DNA of 64,000 nt. Source: Raillietiella orientalis (lineage: Eukaryota). Shown here piece by piece: positions 58,938 through 64,000 of this stretch; position 1 is the stretch's first letter; the number at the start of each line of letters is the position of its first letter. A model generated the notes under the pieces. That model was not told where the DNA came from, made no database searches, and saw only the letters and a list, made by a program, of their open reading frames with translations. The translations under genes were made by a program, and so were the position numbers. The stretch spans positions 2,480,001 to 2,544,000 of the forward strand of contig JAYWIR010000015.1 in NCBI GenBank assembly GCA_036172245.1. The letters are read 5' to 3'.

Positions 58938-59768
58938 CACCCGGATATGCCGGGGCATTTATTTATAAAATAAAAATACAATAAATTTTCGAGTGGCGAA
59001 CCCCATGGTTCACCACAACATGGCAGCCTGCTTCTTGCCGGTGTTGAACCGGCGAGGTCCTTCCGACGCGCTCGGGTTGGGAAAGAAAAAACAAAACAAA
59101 CAAAATGTTCAAACTTGGGGAGGGCATTAATTGTTGGGGGATGGGAGGGAGGGGAGGGGATCACTGTGCGCGCAGAACGGTCCTCTAGATCCTGTTTAGG
59201 ATCCTCACAAGCTGCGTCCTATCTGCGCCCGAATGGCGCCACTTGCAAATGTTCCTTACAAAAAGGTGGGTCTAATGCAAGGCGTTGCTGCTGACCTGGC
59301 GCCTTCTTCTTGTCGCGTTCCAAGCCGCCACGATCCCTCGAATGCAACAGAGAACTGCCACACTAGCGGGCGGGGACAAGGCGTCACGAGAGAAGAGGCG
59401 CCTGAAAACGTCCTTAGGGGCGCATCCGCGAATGCCCAGAATCGCCGCAAGACGATCCCAGAGAGGGCGGATGGCACTGCATTCAATTAGAAGGTGGGGG
59501 AATGTCTCTTTTTCCCCGCACCGGTCGCACTGGGGATCCACAGCCCCCCGTATGGAGTGATACAGGCGTGCTTTGCAGGGTAAACCCCAATGTTCGACAA
59601 GCAACGCCACCTCCTGCCATTTCAAGGGGAGGGATCCACTGTTCCAGGACGCTGGGGGGCACTTCATCTCCTCCGGAGATAGTCCGAGTAGCTCGCCCCA
59701 GCGTCGAATTCTGTTGGGCGGGACACTCGGCGTCGCAGCATCCGCTAGCTGCCGAGGTGTCCACGCCA
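58938..59768 (-). mobile_element. 5'-truncated Tx1/L1-like LINE (copy 5), ~0.83 kb, flanked by a 16-bp TSD
   Basis: Open 165-aa stretch with a clear zf-RVT-type motif PQCDRCGEKETFPHLLIECSAIRPLWDRL. Ends AATAAATGCCCCGGCATATCCGGGTG. Exact direct repeat AATTTCAGGATGGCAT at 58919-58934 and 59769-59784. Confidence 0.88.
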
Positions 59769-60639
59769 AATTTCAGGATGGCATATTGTTCACAGATCCA
59801 AAATATCTTTCTTTCAGTTTTTTTCAGGGAAGAAGGGGAAGAATGGGATTGCATGGGAGGGAGCCATTCTTTGCGGTCCGAAGAGTAGCAGACTCTCCTA
59901 GCATGGAGCTCCTGTGGCAGTGCTCTTTCGCAAAAAAAAAAAAAAAAAAAAAAAGAACACCTGACCATCTCCGGTTGCGCTCGGTGCCCCTTGCAATTCC
60001 ATCTTCCCTTATGCGACGGATGCGAGTTTTGCGTCGGTAAGGAGGCAAGATTTGCTTCCTACCTTTTTTTATCCGGAAGTGCGTCGTCCACCACATTCCA
60101 AGAATTCGCTCGTCAGGACGCAGGTTAAAGTGATGGAAGGATGTATGAGATCTAAACGGCTCCCTAAAGGTCCGAAAGGGCTGCTCACATGTGCATCTTC
60201 ACAGAGACCGCAGTCCCGCCCTCAAAGACTCTCAAAACAGCCTTCCCATCGCTGCCATTGAACTCTCCTTCCCCCTCGACCGATGAGGAACAGCTGCCTC
60301 CAGTCCAGAGCAGCTAAGGTGCCTTCAGAAAAGGTGAAGCCGTTCCCTCTTTGCTTTCACCACCAGTCTGGATCTCATGGCTCCCGGAGGATCGAGCTCT
60401 ACTTTGCTGCGACCTCGCTGGGAAGAAACTCTTTGACGGAGTTGAAGCTCCTTTTCGTGTTCACCGGCAATCTCCATTCCTCTTCGGAAGCCGAGTGTCC
60501 CTTGCATGAAAAATACCACCTGATGGAAGGGCTGAACCTCATGAGGGCGCTTCTGAGTTTTCCTTATTTTCTTAACGGCACCGGAGAGTTTATGGAGATT
60601 TCCTCTGCATGACTCCAAGGAGAAAGTGGGACTCTTCAT

Positions 60640-61117
60640 AACACGTCACGTGTTGTCTTCCGTCTTCCGAAGTGTCTCCGGCAACTCCCCTGGGCGCCAA
60701 GTGTTCTTCGACCCTTCGACTTCGTCACCGCGACCAGCAAGAGGGTTTCTTCTTCGGCTGGGATTCCACTGTCGGTTGCGTGGCAAGCCAGCAGTGCCAC
60801 AGCAGATCTCCGGACGAGAACATGACGTCGGCTGCCGAGTGGGTCCATCTTCCAGAGAACGTTAGGAGCGAGATCACCGGCATCCATAACCGGTTCTGAA
60901 GGAAAGGAACGGCCCAAACCAAAGACCTCTGTCGTCTACCTTCCCCATACCTTTATTTCTATTTTTTATATGTGTATTTGTGGTCTCTTCCTCCCGTTCC
61001 GGACTTTCGGTTTACCGACCTGCGTGTCGGGATCCCTTCATTCGTTTTCCTGTGTCCTTTGTCCGCGAACCCTGTTCCCGGATAGTTTAGTAATAAACGC
61101 TCCGGCGCACCCGGGTC
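60640..61117 (+). mobile_element. Decayed Tx1/L1-like LINE 3' end (copy 6)
   Basis: AEWVHLPENVRSEITGIHNRF matches copy 3 (ARWPHLKEKAKEIAGIHSRL). T-rich UTR; ends AATAAACGCTCCGGCGCACCCGGGTC. The 5' boundary is approximate. Confidence 0.62.
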
Positions 61118-61559
61118 AGAAACAGCAGACGAGCGTGGAACTGAGGAGAGAGAAGGACGGTGATTCTGGCATCTCCGTCTACTGGGCCTGTGTTTTTCCC
61201 ACCATTATGTTTCGAAGACCCACAAGGTACACGACATCCCTGAGAAACCACGCCCCGCCCACATACGAGCACTCCCTCTTTTCGTGTGCGGTTCAGTGAG
61301 CATGGGAGCGTCTGGAAAACAGGAGTTCGGGCTAAGCTACCTTTCCCGAGAGGAGCACAAGCTCGTTGTAACGTCTGTCGGGAAGGAAAGGAGGAGGAGA
61401 GGAAGGGAGATGGCCTCGTTGCACGGGGCAGCAGTCGTCTCATCTTGAATCCTCCAGAAGAACGATCAGCTTGCCGCTGGGGACCATTGAGGGAGGCGAA
61501 TTGGGTTCCCCCCCTTTGAAGGATCCGTGTCTCTCGCCATCAGCATCCCCCCATTATTC

Positions 61560-63320
61560 AAGCAGTCAGTTACGGGAGAGCACGATCAATCCCGGATGCG
61601 GATTGATTGCGCGCTTCTCCTGGAATTCGTCCACCAATTTGTCTAGTGCTCAACTGCGAGGTTGACTGGGATTCTAGGATCTTCGCTCGTGTGGGTAACT
61701 AAAAGCTGATTGGGTGCTGTACGCAGAGGAAACAGCGGTGCGAGCTCGGGAGAACCGGCGACTCCAGGGTCGCCATTCCGAGCCGAGTCACGCGTAAAGA
61801 AGCTGCCGCGGTTCGACGCGTGTAACCACGGAGAGGGATTCACGATTCCCCGTGAGGAAAAGGGGAAAACCGCCTTGAAGCTGGAGAGGCGAGGGCACAG
61901 TGTCGCTTTCTCGCTTTTACTCCTCCTCCCCTTCCCATCGAATCCTTCTAGGTATGAGGTTAGGAGTGCTCGCTCTGTAGCTCGCTGATGGCGACCGGAC
62001 CCTCCTTGGGCCATTCTTTCAGTGTTCGAACGCGAACAAAGAAGCGCCCAGCGACCTGGGTGGTGTAACTCGAACATGCAGAAGCGGTACAACGTCGACT
62101 AAGCCGAGGAAAGGACGAGGGCACCTTGGCCTCGTCCTGACACGCGCGCGCACAGCTGAGTGAATCTTTCCCGCGAATGGGAAGGGCCCTGTCGTGGAGG
62201 CCGGGTCCTTTGCTTCACAGAAAGAGCGCCACCTTCGCGTGGGCTGCTTGCTCGTTCCTTCCGGCCTCAGCAGCCTCGCTTCGTGGACGCCGTACTGCTG
62301 CACCGCCGACGCCAGCCAGCAGCGTGTTCGCGGCTGAACGGAACGTGCCCTTCCTATTTGTCCTTCCTGTTCGAAGCTCTTGGCTGTCTAACAACAGCCA
62401 AGAGCTTCGAACTAAGGAACCAAGACTCCTAAAGCCGCGGTCAGCCTTCCTTGGGACTTCTTTCCCTTCTCCGACTTTCTTCGCCCTTACTGGTGCATGG
62501 CGAGCGCCGGAACGGAGTCATCACCATGGCGTCCTGAGGGCGTTCCCGAAGTGTCGCACCAGTTTCGCCGTGATGACTCTGTCCGACAAGCTCCGATCTC
62601 TGCGGTGACCTTCAAAGTTGCCCAAGTACCAATTATTAGAAAAGTTCTCATTCAGTTCGCAGATCGAGGATTTCTCACGGAAAGATTGAAGTTCCCATTC
62701 CACCAGGATGGATTGAGACATCTGTGTTTCCACGCTCCTTCCTTTTCCACTCCCTCATTTCTCGGCCATCACCTTTTCTCTTCGTTTTTTTTCTCTGAGG
62801 TGGAATCGGCTTCTGTGAGCATGAGAGAGGAATCAAAGGCCAAGGTCACTGAGTAGAGTCACGACTTCCTGGTTGCTCGCCGTCCACCTCATGCGGCAAC
62901 CTTTGGCACCACCGTTCCCAGCGCGAAACGTAAGGGATGACGGAAGATACTCGAAGTCGTGCGAGAGACGATTGTTCGCTTTGAGCTCCCTCGAAAGGAC
63001 CTTTGGGGCCGTAAAGACGCGCAGCATCACTTCTGAAGGACCGAGAAGGTTCGCATACCGAACTTTTCGCACTTCTCTGGCCGGACCCGGAATTCTGGAG
63101 CCCGGGAGGACGGACAAGCCTCGATGGATCTCTAGCTTCCACCACCAGGAGAAGCTGGAACCAGGAGGGAGGGTCGACTTTCCACTTTAGATGGTCGCAT
63201 CGCCACGTCGGAGGCCATCGCTTCAAGGAGAGACCCTGAGGCGAACTGCGGGCGCACACATGTATCACGGATAGGTGAACGGTGGACACGTGGGGCACCA
63301 TCCACTACTCGATGCGGAAA
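61560..63320 (-). mobile_element. Highly decayed LINE ORF2 (endonuclease end + RT), clade unassigned
   Basis: Motif ghosts in the correct order across frames: CDH (SDH-like), GDDSVP (GPDGIP-like), KGKEVP..FRSLGSL (YRPISL-like), QQYGVHEAR (QYGFR-like), GVAGSPELAPLF (GVPQGSPLSPLLF-like), KRAINPH. Confidence 0.42.
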
Positions 63321-64000
63321 ATTGCGCGCAAGGTGAGCAAGCGCAGCTGCACCTAGGAAACGCTGCACCCAGCAGGCAAACGGAGCCTGAGAGCCACCGT
63401 TTCGGAGCATGAGGAAGGGGAGGAGAGGAAGATTGACGAGATCGTTAGGATGGGACAGCACGCCATCCGGCTTGTGTGTGCCCCTTTTTTTTCTTTTTAA
63501 TCAGGCATCACGCGATCCACGGGCCTCATCCACGAACACATGGCTGCTCATCATGAAAAAGATGAAAGTCAGGAGGTCCTCATCTGGAGAAGCGCACAGC
63601 ACAGGGGCAGACAGTAGGGGAGTGGGGGAGGAAAGGATTTATAGCACTCACTGAGCATCTCACTGGTGCATGAAGCTGCACCGGTGAAATGAAGACGCTG
63701 CTGAAAGGTCACTTTTGAATGTTGGTCACCTCTGTGTCTGCTTCACCAAGGTGGAAACAATTGTGTCTCAACCTACGGAGGCTCCGAACAGAACAAAGAA
63801 ACTGTAACCCAAGCATGCAGTCGCTGAGGAGCGAGAGCCACCCCATTGATGCGGTACCCTTCTTACTGATGCGCTGGTAGACGTTCGACTTGCCTATAAA
63901 CAGACAGAGAACTCTGCTATTTGATTACAATGAGGAAATCTCCCCAATCCTAACTTCCTGGAAACCATCGACAGTACTTGTCATCGAGGAGCGGTTAAAA

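Noticed and set aside
58938..58963. Terminal motif as a 5S rRNA target site (ATACCGGGTG-like) of a site-specific Tx1 element
   Set aside because: Similarity covers only about 8 nt, no other 5S sequence flanks any copy, and the TSDs place the motif inside the element.

Overview
Animal genomic DNA (the RPC2 sequence looks arthropod/ecdysozoan-like; the taxon is low confidence) with three spliced genes reconstructed by hand. (1) A divergent M6/myelin-proteolipid-family tetraspan gene (minus, 11979..6446, 6 coding exons, about 275 aa). (2) RNA polymerase III second-largest subunit POLR3B/RPC2 (plus, 15999..23011, 15 exons, about 1143 aa), with ten micro-introns of 44-49 nt. (3) An SLC22/Orct-like organic cation transporter (minus, 36240..27453, 10 coding exons, about 528 aa). 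About 41.9-63.4 kb is a nest of decayed non-LTR retrotransposon fragments, mostly Tx1/L1-like. The most notable pattern: six diverged copies end in the same AATAAA + GC stem-loop (CCCGG-N4-6-CCGGG-TG) with no poly(A) tail. Two are bounded by 16-17 bp target-site duplications that place the hairpin at the true 3' terminus. The window also shows sharp kb-scale AT/GC compartments that cut through a single gene. Most short ORFs in the supplied track are GC-rich noise.
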